Shown: positions 42,505-52,667 of the stretch, piece by piece | Numbering within the stretch: position 1 is the stretch's first letter | Layout: each line of letters begins with the position of its first letter | NCBI GenBank assembly: GCA_018394315.1 | Contig: CP074575.1 | Span: 186,001 to 250,000 of the forward strand | DNA: 64,000 nt | Direction of reading: 5' to 3' | DNA from: Mycoplasmatota bacterium | Lineage (GTDB): Bacteria > Bacillota_I > Bacilli_A > MAG-NZ | Translations under genes and position numbers: made by a program | Notes under the pieces: generated by a model | The model's database searches: none | Seen by the model: the letters and a program-made list of their open reading frames with translations, nothing else | Told to the model about the DNA's origin: nothing

Positions 42505-43437
42505 TTAAAATTTGTGTTCAATATATTTTTCCGCAGTTACTGATGCGATTGCTCCATCAGCAGTAGCTGTAACTACTTGTCTTAAAGTCTTTACTCTTAA
42601 ATCTCCAGCTGCAAATACACCAGGAACACTCGTTCTCATTTCTTCATCTGTTACGATATAACCATTATCCATTTCAACTAAACCTTCGAATAATTCAGTT
42701 TGAGGTTTATAACCAATAAAGATAAATACTCCGAAAGTTCCTTCTTCTTCATCAGCAAAGATTTCAGTTTCTTCTTCTGTCTTAACATTTTTAATAACTA
42801 TAGATTCAACAATGCCATCACCTTTGATTTCGGTTACTGTAGAATTAAGTATGTATTCAATTTTGTCATTTTGTTTTGCTTTTTCAATAATAGAATTAGC
42901 TGCTGTTAATCGATCCATAATATTTATTAAAGTAACTTTTCTTGCATACTTAGTTAAATACATACCTTCTTCAACTGCAGAGTCTCCACCTCCTATTACA
43001 AACACTTCTAAGTCAGTGAAAAAATCAGCATCACAGGTAGCACAATAAGAAACACCTTTACCTGTTAGTACTGCTTCACCAGGGCATCCTAGTTTTCTTG
43101 GACTCGCTCCTGTTGCAATTACAACTGCTTTTGCATGATACTCTTTTTCCTTTGTTTTGATAACTTTAACACTATTAGAAAAATCAACTTCAACTACCTT
43201 TTCGCGAATAAACTCTGCTCCAAACTGTTTAGCTTGAGCATACATTTTTTCTATTAATCCAGGACCTGAATCATTTGGTGAACCTGGATAATTTACAATC
43301 TCATGTGTGGTGGCTATTTGACCTCCAGGATTTGATCCATCTAACATAATTGTGCTTAATTTTGCTCTTGCAGCATATAAAGCAGAACTAAGTCCCGCTG
43401 GACCTGCACCTATGATAAGCACATCGCACTCTCTCAT
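42505..43437 (-). CDS. trxB: Thioredoxin reductase
   Basis: IIGAGPAG, GVSYCATCD, GGGDSAVEEG, FAAGD. Confidence 0.96.
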   Translation of the reverse strand: MRECDVLIIGAGPAGLSSALYAARAKLSTIMLDGSNPGGQIATTHEIVNYPGSPNDSGPGLIEKMYAQAKQFGAEFIREKVVEVDFSNSVKVIKTKEKEYHAKAVVIATGASPRKLGCPGEAVLTGKGVSYCATCDADFFTDLEVFVIGGGDSAVEEGMYLTKYARKVTLINIMDRLTAANSIIEKAKQNDKIEYILNSTVTEIKGDGIVESIVIKNVKTEEETEIFADEEEGTFGVFIFIGYKPQTELFEGLVEMDNGYIVTDEEMRTSVPGVFAAGDLRVKTLRQVVTATADGAIASVTAEKYIEHKF

Positions 43438-43533
43438 ATTAACCTCCTTATACTTAATTAAGTATATCTTGCATCAATCTCAAATCATTTGATTTTCTTC
43501 ATATAATTTCATTTCAATATAAAATCTCTAATA

Positions 43534-43561
43534 AAGGTGTTATGGATTAACCAAAACACCT
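43534..43561 (-). terminator. Hairpin terminator between the BCCT gene and trxB
   Basis: AGGTGTTATGG-attaa-CCAAAACACCT. Confidence 0.55.
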
Positions 43562-43568
43562 CTTTAAG

Positions 43569-45050
43569 TTACGTTTTCTTTTCTTTAGACAATGCTTTCA
43601 CAATAGATACCATTGCTAGTATCATAACTATTGCGAAAGGAAATGCCGCAACAATTGACATTGTTTGAAGCATTCTAAGTCCATTAACACTTCCTAGCAT
43701 TAATGCTAATGCTACCAATGCTTGCACAACTCCCCATACTACTTTTTTTGAAGTTTTGGGATTTAGGTTACCATCTGAACTTAGCATACCTAATACAAAC
43801 GTCCCAGAGTCCGCTGATGTAACAAAAAATGTTCCTAATAAGATAATTGCTACTAATGATATAATTGAGCCTAATGGATAATTATTTAATACAACGAAAA
43901 ATGCAGTCGAAGTTGATTTAACAGCTTCAGATGCGACCTCGCTTCCAGTATTAATACCAGTAGTACCGAAAATCGCAAACCATACAAATGAAACAAGTAC
44001 TGGTACTAGCAATACACCCATTATAAATTCTCTTATAGTTCTACCTTTTGAAATCCTAGCTATAAAAGTTCCAACAAATGGTGCCCACGCAATCCACCAT
44101 GCCCAGTAGAATATAGTCCACCATCCATACCACTCAGAACCTTCGCTAAATGCTCCAACTTGGAAACTGTCTTTTATTAAGTTATGAAAATATAACCCTA
44201 ATCCATCATTAAATGCGTTTAATATCAAGATAGTAGGACCAACTATAAAAGTCAGTATCATTAAAATAGATGCTAATACTATGTTTGTATTTGATAATAT
44301 CTTTATTCCTTTATTTAAACCAGTTATTGCAGATAACATAAACAAGAATGTAGTTATCGCTACAATAGTAATTAATACATAATTATTTTCTGGAATTCCA
44401 AATAAGTAATTAAGTCCACTATTTATTTGATATGTACCTAAGCCAAGAGATGTCGCTACACCAGCAACAGTGGCAAATATAGCAAAAATATCAATTAACT
44501 TTCCTATCGGACCATTAACTCTATGCCTACCAATTAATGGTATAAATATACTACTAATTAGCCCCTTCTCACCTTTTCTAAATTGCATATAAGCTAGCGA
44601 CAGTGCTATTACTGCATACCCTGCCCAAGGATGCAATCCCCAGTGTAAGAATGATTTTCTTAGTGCAAAGTTTGCAGCTTGTTCACTTGCGCTTTCAATG
44701 CCTACCATTGGAGAAATCCAATGATTTAATGGCTCTGCAACTCCCCAAAATACTAACCCGATTCCCATACCAGCACTAAATAACATAGCAAACCATGAAA
44801 TATTGCTATACTCAGGTACAGAATCATCTTTTCCTAGCTTAATTCGACCGTATTTACTTAACATAATCCATATGGAAAATAAAACAAAGCTTGTCATTGA
44901 TAATATATAAAACCAACCAAAATTATCAACAATATAAGTAAAAGACCTATTTGCAATACTTTCAAAATTGCTTGGTAATAATAGGCCCCATGCAACAATA
45001 ACAACCATAATTGTTAATGAAATATAATATACTATATTCTTATTTTTCAT
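43569..45050 (-). CDS. BCCT-family glycine betaine transporter
   Basis: WFAMLFSAGMGIGLVFWGVAEP, HWGLHPW, WWTIFYWAWWIAWAPFVG (aromatic betaine box). Confidence 0.93.
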   Translation of the reverse strand: MKNKNIVYYISLTIMVVIVAWGLLLPSNFESIANRSFTYIVDNFGWFYILSMTSFVLFSIWIMLSKYGRIKLGKDDSVPEYSNISWFAMLFSAGMGIGLVFWGVAEPLNHWISPMVGIESASEQAANFALRKSFLHWGLHPWAGYAVIALSLAYMQFRKGEKGLISSIFIPLIGRHRVNGPIGKLIDIFAIFATVAGVATSLGLGTYQINSGLNYLFGIPENNYVLITIVAITTFLFMLSAITGLNKGIKILSNTNIVLASILMILTFIVGPTILILNAFNDGLGLYFHNLIKDSFQVGAFSEGSEWYGWWTIFYWAWWIAWAPFVGTFIARISKGRTIREFIMGVLLVPVLVSFVWFAIFGTTGINTGSEVASEAVKSTSTAFFVVLNNYPLGSIISLVAIILLGTFFVTSADSGTFVLGMLSSDGNLNPKTSKKVVWGVVQALVALALMLGSVNGLRMLQTMSIVAAFPFAIVMILAMVSIVKALSKEKKT

Positions 45051-45057
45051 AATTAGC

Positions 45058-46371
45058 CTAAATCTTAACAGAAAAGACAGTTTGTTCTGTTACCTCAGTG
45101 CTAAGTGCATCTAGTGCTACTCCAACACGATGATATCTAAGTTTCCATTGTTCTTCAAACGGTGTAGCTGGATCTCCTAGAGGATATGGTATTGATATTG
45201 ATGGGACAATTTTATTTGCTCCTACTGAAGTTGCAACAGGAACTAGGTTTGCCATTTGAACTACTGCAATACCTGTTTTTTCTATAGCTTTTACCATCGT
45301 TGCGCCGCAACGAGTACAGGTACCTCAGGTAGAAGTTAAGATTACTGCATCAACATTATGGTCTTTTAAGACAACAGCAATTTCGCTTCCCATTCTGTAA
45401 GCTTCACCTTCTGTTGTACCAGTTCCTACAGTTGAATAGAAGTGACTATCAATACTGTCAATTTTACCTTCTTTTTCGTATGCTCTTAGTACATCTAGAG
45501 GAACGATTCTATCAGGGTCTGTATCAGCACCATAAGGGTCAAAACCAGCATGAATTGTTTTATATATTCCTTCTAATAAATCATCGTTAGAAGAGATATC
45601 ATACATACCCCATCTAGTTGCTGAAGCAGATTGAATTTTGTCTGGGTTATCAATAGGTACAATACCACCAGTTGTTACCAGTGCAATTTTAGCTTTTGAT
45701 AAATCTTTAATAGCAGGAGCGATGTCTACTCTGTCATTCTTAGGAATTGGAAGTTCGGTTTCAAATTCTTTTCCACTTAATTTCTTGAGTAACATTTCAA
45801 CAACACGTGTTGATGCTGGCTTCATATTTTTATCAATTACTTGAAGTCTGATACCACGAGGGTAGAAATTTTCGGATTCGGCACTACCTAATTTTTCACC
45901 TTTTAAGATTTTATTCGCAGCACTAGCGATGACTTTAATGTCACTACGCATCTTTGTAGCACTTTTACCACCTTTGAAGATATACATATCTTTTTTATAC
46001 ATATTAACACCAGGATTTTCATCATTCATCGATGTTAATACTGGAACACCAAATTTTTCTTTGACCGATTTACATATTGAACCAGCGGCGAAACCATAAC
46101 GTCCCGCTCTAAAAGTAGGGCCAGCTACGAATAAATCGAACTCTAGACCTTCTAACATACCTAGTAATTCTTGAGTAGCAGCTTCTTCATTTGAACCAAA
46201 ATACCCATCACCACAAACTAGAGTGTGAGTAACTTCAGCATCTTCTAATGCTTTGTTTAGAGCTAGTGAAGGTCCAAGGATTTCTGTGTGTAATTCAGGT
46301 TTATAGTCAGCTTGTTCTTCGCCACCAACACCAGCAAAAAATTGATTTATATAATGTACAATTTTTTTCAT
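45058..46371 (-). CDS. grdH: Betaine reductase component B selenoprotein subunit (437 aa, Sec349)
   Basis: MKKIVHYINQFFAG...ILTST-TGA(45327-45325)-GTCTRCGATMVK; UxxCxxC motif; joins ORFs 45325-46410 and 45058-45297. QSASATRWG and the neighbouring grdI/BCCT genes favour betaine specificity. Confidence 0.9.
45292..45327 (-). promoter_or_regulatory. Bacterial SECIS element of grdH
   Basis: UGA-gg-UACC-uguac-UCGUUGC-GGC-GCAACGA-u-GGUA: perfect 7-bp upper stem with a G-containing loop just 3' of the UGA. Confidence 0.82.
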
Positions 46372-46379
46372 AGTACCTC

Positions 46380-47702
46380 CTAAAATTCTTTCATTGTTTT
46401 TTGCGACCAACCTACTACTTGATCACCACAAAACATTGAGTTATTTTCCATAATAATGGATCCATCTTCTTTCACTGATGGTCCTAGTTTTTCATCATCA
46501 GCCCATCCTCCTGACAGACCATCTCTTGCTAGTGATTGTAACTCACCAACAACTTCTTCCATTGGCGCAAGTTCAATCAATTTACTAACGTTACCACATG
46601 ATACGATCGCATCGGCTTTTTCAGAGAGCACTACTAGTGGTTGAGATTTTCCATCACGACCAGTACACTCATTAGTAATTCCTACTGTTTTAACGCCGGC
46701 ATCTTCTAATGCATCAAAACATGCGATAAAGTCTGCATCTGGATTTCCGTAACCTTCTTCCGCTAAGATGGCTCCATCAGCACCAATGGTGCTAGCTATT
46801 TGTGCTACAAACAATGCTGATCTATTTTTTTGCTCAAGTGATACATTTAGATTCGATGTTATAACACCTAAGAAGTTAAGAGTTTTCCCATGTTCTTTAT
46901 ACAATTCTTTAATTGTGGGATTATTTTGAAAATCATAAGTAGACCATTTCGAAGAACAAGGCATAAATGAACCAGAAATAATTGCACTATCAATAATTTC
47001 ATTTGGATGCATTAATGTTGGAACATACTTGTTCATGTCCCATCCATAAACCAAATCATTATAGCCAAGCTCTTCCATTTGTGATTGACATTGTATTACA
47101 TAAACTACTTTATGTAGATCTTTAACATTATCTCTACCAGTAATACTACATAAATCATAATCTTCTATTTCATCTGGTTCTAATTCACGAACAGCCTCAG
47201 CTAAGTATTCAGATAAGCGCATAGCACCCCATCTTAAAGCATGATTTTTCTTTTGTTGCTCATGTCTTTCGAACTCTTCATCCGTATCAGCAACTAAACA
47301 AACATTTATAAGACCAGAATAATGAGAATAATCTGCACCGGGACCAGACATATCTATAAGTCCATCTCCAAAACTCCCCCAATGTTTACCAACTGCAAGA
47401 ACGCTCATATTTTTTAAAGCATGTGTTCTTCCTTCACCCAATTGGTATAAATCACCAGTTACTCCAGGGAATGTACAATTCTTTCCAATTTTACATCTTG
47501 CTTCAATTGCCTCTTTTACAGGTACAATTCTCTTTTTGTCACCTGGTACTGCGATTACAATATCGGCTTCAGTAATATGAGAATCCTCCATTACATGTTC
47601 TAGAGCTTCTTTTTTATTTATTGTTAAGACGCCGTTTTGAAACGATGTTGAGTTTCCAAAGCTAACTTCTTTAACAATAAAATTACCAATTTCTAACTTC
47701 AT
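46380..47702 (-). CDS. grdI: Betaine reductase component B, alpha subunit
   Basis: MKLEIGNF.VK, HEQQKKNHALR, GSFMPCSSKWSTYDFQN (GrdI type rather than the GrdE CVSACDKN site), EEGYGNPDAD. Confidence 0.88.
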   Translation of the reverse strand: MKLEIGNFIVKEVSFGNSTSFQNGVLTINKKEALEHVMEDSHITEADIVIAVPGDKKRIVPVKEAIEARCKIGKNCTFPGVTGDLYQLGEGRTHALKNMSVLAVGKHWGSFGDGLIDMSGPGADYSHYSGLINVCLVADTDEEFERHEQQKKNHALRWGAMRLSEYLAEAVRELEPDEIEDYDLCSITGRDNVKDLHKVVYVIQCQSQMEELGYNDLVYGWDMNKYVPTLMHPNEIIDSAIISGSFMPCSSKWSTYDFQNNPTIKELYKEHGKTLNFLGVITSNLNVSLEQKNRSALFVAQIASTIGADGAILAEEGYGNPDADFIACFDALEDAGVKTVGITNECTGRDGKSQPLVVLSEKADAIVSCGNVSKLIELAPMEEVVGELQSLARDGLSGGWADDEKLGPSVKEDGSIIMENNSMFCGDQVVGWSQKTMKEF

Positions 47703-48132
47703 TACAAACCTCCTTATTTTTTTTATAAAATACTTAAAATCATTTTACGAAACTTAATGAATTTTTAGATTGCACCTTTAAATATTGTTTACTTTTATTT
47801 TCTTAGTATGTAAAAAGAAATCATCTTTTAACATTTTTTTATTCTGAAAAAGAGCTTTCAAAATATCAAATATGATTTGTTTAGTAACTTAAAAAGCAAT
47901 GTTAAAAGGAATTTCTAAAACTTAATCAGTTCGACACTAATTTCAAATTTATGATCAAAAAAAAGCAATAACAGAAGTTCAAACTCCTATTATTGCCAAA
48001 CTAGAATTATGGTATAATTCTCGATTTTTCTTCAATTATAATTTATGTTTATATCTTATATAAGATGAACTCAACCATATCACAATTGTAAGCTGCATGT
48101 TCAATACTACATATTTTATGTCTCCCTACTAT

Positions 48133-48804
48133 TTAGAATAAATCAAGTAAGATTTGATTCCGAGTCAACCATTCCTTTCTTTTCCGATAGTCAGGCATAA
48201 TCCTTTCAACAGTCTGCCAGTATTTTTTAGAATGATTGTGATGAACCAAATGAACTAACTCATGCACAATCACGTAATCAATAATCTCTTGCGGAGCCAT
48301 AACTAATCGCCACGTAAAGTTGATCTTGCCTACACTGCTACAAGATCCCCAACGTTTTTTTGCACTAGATAAACCAACACTTTTGTAGGAGTATCCCAAC
48401 ATATTTCCTATTTCATTAGTTCTATTCGTAAATATTTTTCTAGCGCATTTCATATACCAAGAGGACATTTTTTGGACTGGGTTATCCAAAAATGCCTTTG
48501 GAAAAACGATATATTTATCATCAATGTAAATGTTTGCTTCATCTCTTATATCCAGTAGATAGGTATTACCTAAAAACAGAAATTCTTCTCCTGAGACAAA
48601 TTCTTTTCTCTTGTGAAGTTCGTTTCTGTTAGATATCTCATTGAGTTTTTTACGAATCCATTCTTCCTTGCTATTAACCAGATTGTCTATAACTTGAAAA
48701 GATACTTTTCTAGGCGCTTTTACTAAAATACTACCTTTATTATCAATAGTAATTGATAAAGTTTTGCGATCACTTCTTTTAATTTCATAAACTATTTTAT
48801 TCAT
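48133..48804 (-). CDS. YgjP/DUF45 (SprT/M48-like) metal-dependent hydrolase
   Basis: RSDRKTL, KKRWGSCS, IDYVIVHELVHL.H.NHS. Confidence 0.9.
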   Translation of the reverse strand: MNKIVYEIKRSDRKTLSITIDNKGSILVKAPRKVSFQVIDNLVNSKEEWIRKKLNEISNRNELHKRKEFVSGEEFLFLGNTYLLDIRDEANIYIDDKYIVFPKAFLDNPVQKMSSWYMKCARKIFTNRTNEIGNMLGYSYKSVGLSSAKKRWGSCSSVGKINFTWRLVMAPQEIIDYVIVHELVHLVHHNHSKKYWQTVERIMPDYRKRKEWLTRNQILLDLF

Positions 48805-48901
48805 ACAATACCTCTATGGACTATTATAGCATCTTAATAAAAACGGTTGATTTTATATACCAATCGTAAGTCTCAATGAGGCGACTTATTTGCCCATATG
48901 T

Positions 48902-49537
48902 TTACTTCGCATCGGCTTCCTTAATCTTTTTATCATGATATCTATTGAATATTAATAATGATGTAATTGCTCCTGTTATTGCGCATATCATATCCCATTG
49001 TGCATCCCAAATATCTCCTTGCATAGATAGAATATAAGCATCTGATTGATCAAATATCACAGCCGCAGCAAATTCTAACAATTCCCAACTTGCACTAATA
49101 GCTAAAACAAAGAACACAATCACTAAATAAAAAAACTTACTCTTTTTCATATAATCATTCCTAATAAACAACTCTTTTGCTAGTAGTATCGGCACAAATC
49201 CTTGAAAGAAGTGACCGATGCGATCAAAATAATTTCTACTTTGTCCTAAACTGTCCCTTAACATACTAAACAATGGGGTGTTTTCGTATGTATACTTTGC
49301 TGCTACCAAAATTATTACCAAATGTATAAAAATCATAACGTAAGCAAAGCTTGTAAATCTAAACTTCCTATATGTGAAAATAAAACAAACAGCATAAATA
49401 ATGGCAACAGAAATGTTTGAAAGCCACAATAAAGAATCATATGGCTTAATCCCAGACCAGACTGCAATTATGAGTGTAATTACTAAAAGTAATATATGAA
49501 AACTTTCTTCATTCCTAAAAACTCTTCTCCTATTCAT
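48902..49537 (-). CDS. DUF2238 membrane protein
   Basis: WSGIKPYD, RNYFDRIGHFFQGFVP, WELLE, QGDIWDAQWDM. Confidence 0.88.
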   Translation of the reverse strand: MNRRRVFRNEESFHILLLVITLIIAVWSGIKPYDSLLWLSNISVAIIYAVCFIFTYRKFRFTSFAYVMIFIHLVIILVAAKYTYENTPLFSMLRDSLGQSRNYFDRIGHFFQGFVPILLAKELFIRNDYMKKSKFFYLVIVFFVLAISASWELLEFAAAVIFDQSDAYILSMQGDIWDAQWDMICAITGAITSLLIFNRYHDKKIKEADAK

Positions 49538-49626
49538 AATCCCCCCTAATTTAATTTTAAATCTAGACTTCATTCGACGATAAGTATTTCATCTACTCTA
49601 ATGATACTATATCAGCATAACAAATA

Positions 49627-49720
49627 AAAGGGCTGGGAAAATCCCCTAAGCCCTGTGTTCCCTAGTTGACTCAAAAATTGAAAGCCCTATTTTTAAACTG
49701 CTAAAGAGTTGACTAGGACT
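49627..49720. other. Structured non-coding element (two hairpins), identity unknown
   Basis: AGGGCT-GGGA-aaa-TCCC-cta-AGCCCT and CCTAGTTGACTC...GAGTTGACTAGG stems. Confidence 0.45.
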
Positions 49721-49845
49721 TCGTTATATCAATAAAAAGTAAATTTATTTGCAACGTTACGTGGAATGTCAAGAAGGAATCATGTAGATATCTCAATAAA
49801 AGGTACCTCTTATGTACTGAACCCCAAAGTTCGGACTAATAAAAA

Positions 49846-50685
49846 CTAAATCAAGCAATGTTCTCGGTATTGTACCGGGGACATTTTTAGTTTAGTTACT
49901 ATCCTTTCATTATTATAATAATTAATGTATTTCTTAAGTTCTCTTATGAACTGTTTGACTGTTTTGAACTTATTCACATGGTAAAATTCCGCCTTTAGAT
50001 GAGAGAAAAAGTTTTCAGCCTTAGAATTGTCCAAACAGTTGCCTCTTCTAGACATGCTTTGTGTTATTTCCTTGTCTTCTAGATATGTTTGGAATCTTCT
50101 GTTTTGATACTGGAATCCCTGATCTGAGTGGACTATGGTATTTTTCATCTTAGTAGTAATTCCCTTTTCTAACATTTCAATAACTAGTCTTACATTGGGA
50201 CTAAATCCTACTGTATAGCTTATTACTTCGTCGTTATGGATATCTATTAACGGTGATAAGTATATCTTTCTACCATCTACCTTAAATTCAGTTATATCAG
50301 TTACTAATTTTTCTTTGAATGTATTAGTGCTAAAATCCCGATTAAGTTCATTGTTGGCTATCTTACCAACTTCCCTTTTGTATGATCTATATTTTTTCAC
50401 TCGTATTTTAGCCACTAATCCTAATGATTTCATTAATCTATATACTTTCTTGTGATTAATTACTAAACCCTCATTTCTTAAAACTATGGTTATTCGCCTA
50501 TAACCATATCTACCCTTATGTTTATAGTATATATTGGTTATTTTGCTTTTTATTTCTTTATCGTTATCAGAATCTATATTTTTGAGCACATCAAAATAAG
50601 TAGACTTAGCTAAGTTGGCTATCTCAAGAATAGGTTTTAGAACTCCGTGTTTTTGCCTTAGTTCAAATACTATTCTTACTTTTTC
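49846..50685 (-). CDS. IS3 OrfB DDE integrase core, expressed as OrfAB via a -1 frameshift
   Basis: YGYRRI, TDITEF, HSDQGFQY, SMSRRGNCLDN, ENFFSHLKAE; the frame is open upstream to the GAAAAAG at 50685-50679 overlapping the orfA end. Confidence 0.9.
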   Translation of the reverse strand, partial: EKVRIVFELRQKHGVLKPILEIANLAKSTYFDVLKNIDSDNDKEIKSKITNIYYKHKGRYGYRRITIVLRNEGLVINHKKVYRLMKSLGLVAKIRVKKYRSYKREVGKIANNELNRDFSTNTFKEKLVTDITEFKVDGRKIYLSPLIDIHNDEVISYTVGFSPNVRLVIEMLEKGITTKMKNTIVHSDQGFQYQNRRFQTYLEDKEITQSMSRRGNCLDNSKAENFFSHLKAEFYHVNKFKTVKQFIRELKKYINYYNNERIVTKLKMSPVQYREHCLI

Positions 50686-51152
50686 TTTCGTTTTCGCTCT
50701 TCCCGTTCTTGAACTAAGGCGTCTAGCTTTTTTAGATATTCTAGTTCCAATCTTAACCTTTGGTTTTCTGCTAATAGGTCTTCATTTTTATTCAAATCCT
50801 TTGGTTTTTGCACAATCTTACTTTTTCTTCCTCTTCCATCTATGGATAGTCCATCAATGCCGTACTCATGGTATTTTCTTTCCCATTTATGTAGTTTTCC
50901 AGCAACAATACCATATTTCATGTCTGTTTCTGCGTATCCATATTCCCAAAAATATTCAAGTATCTCAAACTTTTTTTCGCTAGATATTTTCGTGTTTTTC
51001 TTTCTCATAAATCCTGTCGTTTTACTCTTTCTAACCCACCTGTATATAGTTTCATCTGCCTTTAGGTTGAATTTATTCATTGTAGCAGTTAGACCATACT
51101 TATTATAGTAACTAACTACTTTCACCTTAAATTCTACATCATATTTTGCCAA
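50676..51152 (-). CDS. IS3 OrfA (HTH + leucine zipper)
   Basis: MAKYDVEFKVKVV, ENQRLRLELEYLKKLDAL. Confidence 0.9.
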   Translation of the reverse strand: MAKYDVEFKVKVVSYYNKYGLTATMNKFNLKADETIYRWVRKSKTTGFMRKKNTKISSEKKFEILEYFWEYGYAETDMKYGIVAGKLHKWERKYHEYGIDGLSIDGRGRKSKIVQKPKDLNKNEDLLAENQRLRLELEYLKKLDALVQEREERKRKKK

Positions 51153-51239
51153 AGTAAAAGCACCCCTTCCTTTCTAAGTTTACTTAGTCCGGATTTTGGG
51201 GTGCATTACATTAAAGGTACCTTTTAATTCTTTGTTGTA

Positions 51240-52637
51240 TTATGCCACTTTTTTTTCTTGTTGTTTTACAAAGAACATGAACCATACGAATGATATGATA
51301 GCTATAAGTATTCCTACAGGATATCCAATTGAAGTAGATAAAGTAAGTCCCTCTGGAGCTATAATAATATATGTCGTTACTACAGCAGTCATAAATGTTG
51401 CAGGAACTGAACAAATATAGTGAAATTTCTTATTTTTAACTAAGAAACTTGCTGATGCCCAAAGCATGATAGTTGCTAATGTTTGGTTGCTCCATGCAAA
51501 GTATCTCCAAATAATTCCGAAATCGATAAATGTAAGTGCAACACCTATTGCGAATAAAGGAATTGCTATAACAAATCTATTTTTGATTTTACCTTGTTTT
51601 AATTTAATTGCATCAGCTATTGCTAATCGTGCACTTCTAAATGCTGTATCTCCAGAAGTGATTGGACATGCAACAACACCTAATATAGCTAAGAATCCAC
51701 CAAATGTACCTAATAAAGAAATTGAAATTGTGTTTACAACTACTGCGGCTGACCCTGCTTCCGATAAAGCTTGAGTACTTCCAAAGAACGCCATTGAAGC
51801 TGCTGCCCATATTAGTGCAATTATACCTTCAGCAATCATAGCACCATAGAATATCATACGCCCCTCTTTTTCGTTGCTTATGCAACGAGCCATGATTGGT
51901 GATTGAGTAGCGTGGAAACCACTAATAGCCCCACATGCAATTGTAATAAATAGATATGGGAATATTGCCTTTCCACCTGGATGAAGATTAGTAAACTCAA
52001 TTTCAGGTATGGTGTATCCATTAGCGAAAATACCAATGATGATACCAAATCCCATAATTAATAATGCTAACCCGAATACTGGATAGATTTTCCCAATAAT
52101 CTTATCAACTGGTAATACAGTTGCTAATAAGTAATAAACAATAATTCCTGTAACCCATATGAAACGACTAATACCAGTCATATTCTCTAAAATACCTGCA
52201 GGTCCATTAACAAAGACTACACCAACTAAAATTAATAGTACTACCGAGAATATACGCATTGCATTTTTTGCAGATGTTCCTAAGTAACGACCTACAATTT
52301 CAGCAACTGTTTCTCCATTATGACGCATAGATAACATTCCTGCAAAATAGTCATGAGTTGCTCCAGCAAAGATACAACCTAAAACAATCCATAAGAATGC
52401 TGCAGGTCCCCAGTATGCTCCTGCTACTGCCCCAAAGATTGGACCTAGCCCTGCAATATTTAAAAACTGAATTAAGAATGCCTTTTTTCTTTCGATAGGC
52501 ATGAAGTCTACACCATCATTATTTGCTACTGCTGGTGTCACTTTATTTTGATCAGCTCCAAATATCCTTTCAACAATTTTCCCATAAATAGCATAACCTA
52601 AAACTAGTGCTACTATTGACAATAAAAACGAAATCAT
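51240..52637 (-). CDS. cstA: Carbon starvation CstA-family transporter (probable pyruvate/peptide uptake)
   Basis: LIQFLNIAGLGPIFG, FITIACGAISGFHATQSP, CPITSGDTAFRSAR, YFAWSNQTLA. Confidence 0.93.
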   Translation of the reverse strand: MISFLLSIVALVLGYAIYGKIVERIFGADQNKVTPAVANNDGVDFMPIERKKAFLIQFLNIAGLGPIFGAVAGAYWGPAAFLWIVLGCIFAGATHDYFAGMLSMRHNGETVAEIVGRYLGTSAKNAMRIFSVVLLILVGVVFVNGPAGILENMTGISRFIWVTGIIVYYLLATVLPVDKIIGKIYPVFGLALLIMGFGIIIGIFANGYTIPEIEFTNLHPGGKAIFPYLFITIACGAISGFHATQSPIMARCISNEKEGRMIFYGAMIAEGIIALIWAAASMAFFGSTQALSEAGSAAVVVNTISISLLGTFGGFLAILGVVACPITSGDTAFRSARLAIADAIKLKQGKIKNRFVIAIPLFAIGVALTFIDFGIIWRYFAWSNQTLATIMLWASASFLVKNKKFHYICSVPATFMTAVVTTYIIIAPEGLTLSTSIGYPVGILIAIISFVWFMFFVKQQEKKVA

Positions 52638-52667
52638 AACTTATTCCTCCCCTTTTCTAGTGAATAA

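Larger units (their letters stand above)
49813..51210 (-). mobile_element. IS3-family (IS150-like) insertion sequence, 1398 bp
   Basis: Terminal IRs TGTACTGAACCCCAAAGTTCGGACTAA / TGTAATGCACCCCAAAATCCGGACTAA (23/27); 3-bp TSD TTA; orfA + orfB. Confidence 0.95.

Noticed and set aside
41640..46371. UGA = Trp (genetic code 4) as the explanation for the in-frame TGAs
   Set aside because: Trp is TGG throughout, several genes end at TGA at expected C-termini, and both TGAs fall at known Sec positions
48133..48804. YgjP gene as a marker of a type I restriction/defence island
   Set aside because: No hsd or other defence genes adjacent
49627..49720. 6S RNA, yjdF riboswitch or IscB omega-RNA
   Set aside because: Too short and wrong architecture for 6S; the yjdF riboswitch goes with a different protein family; no IscB/TnpB gene nearby
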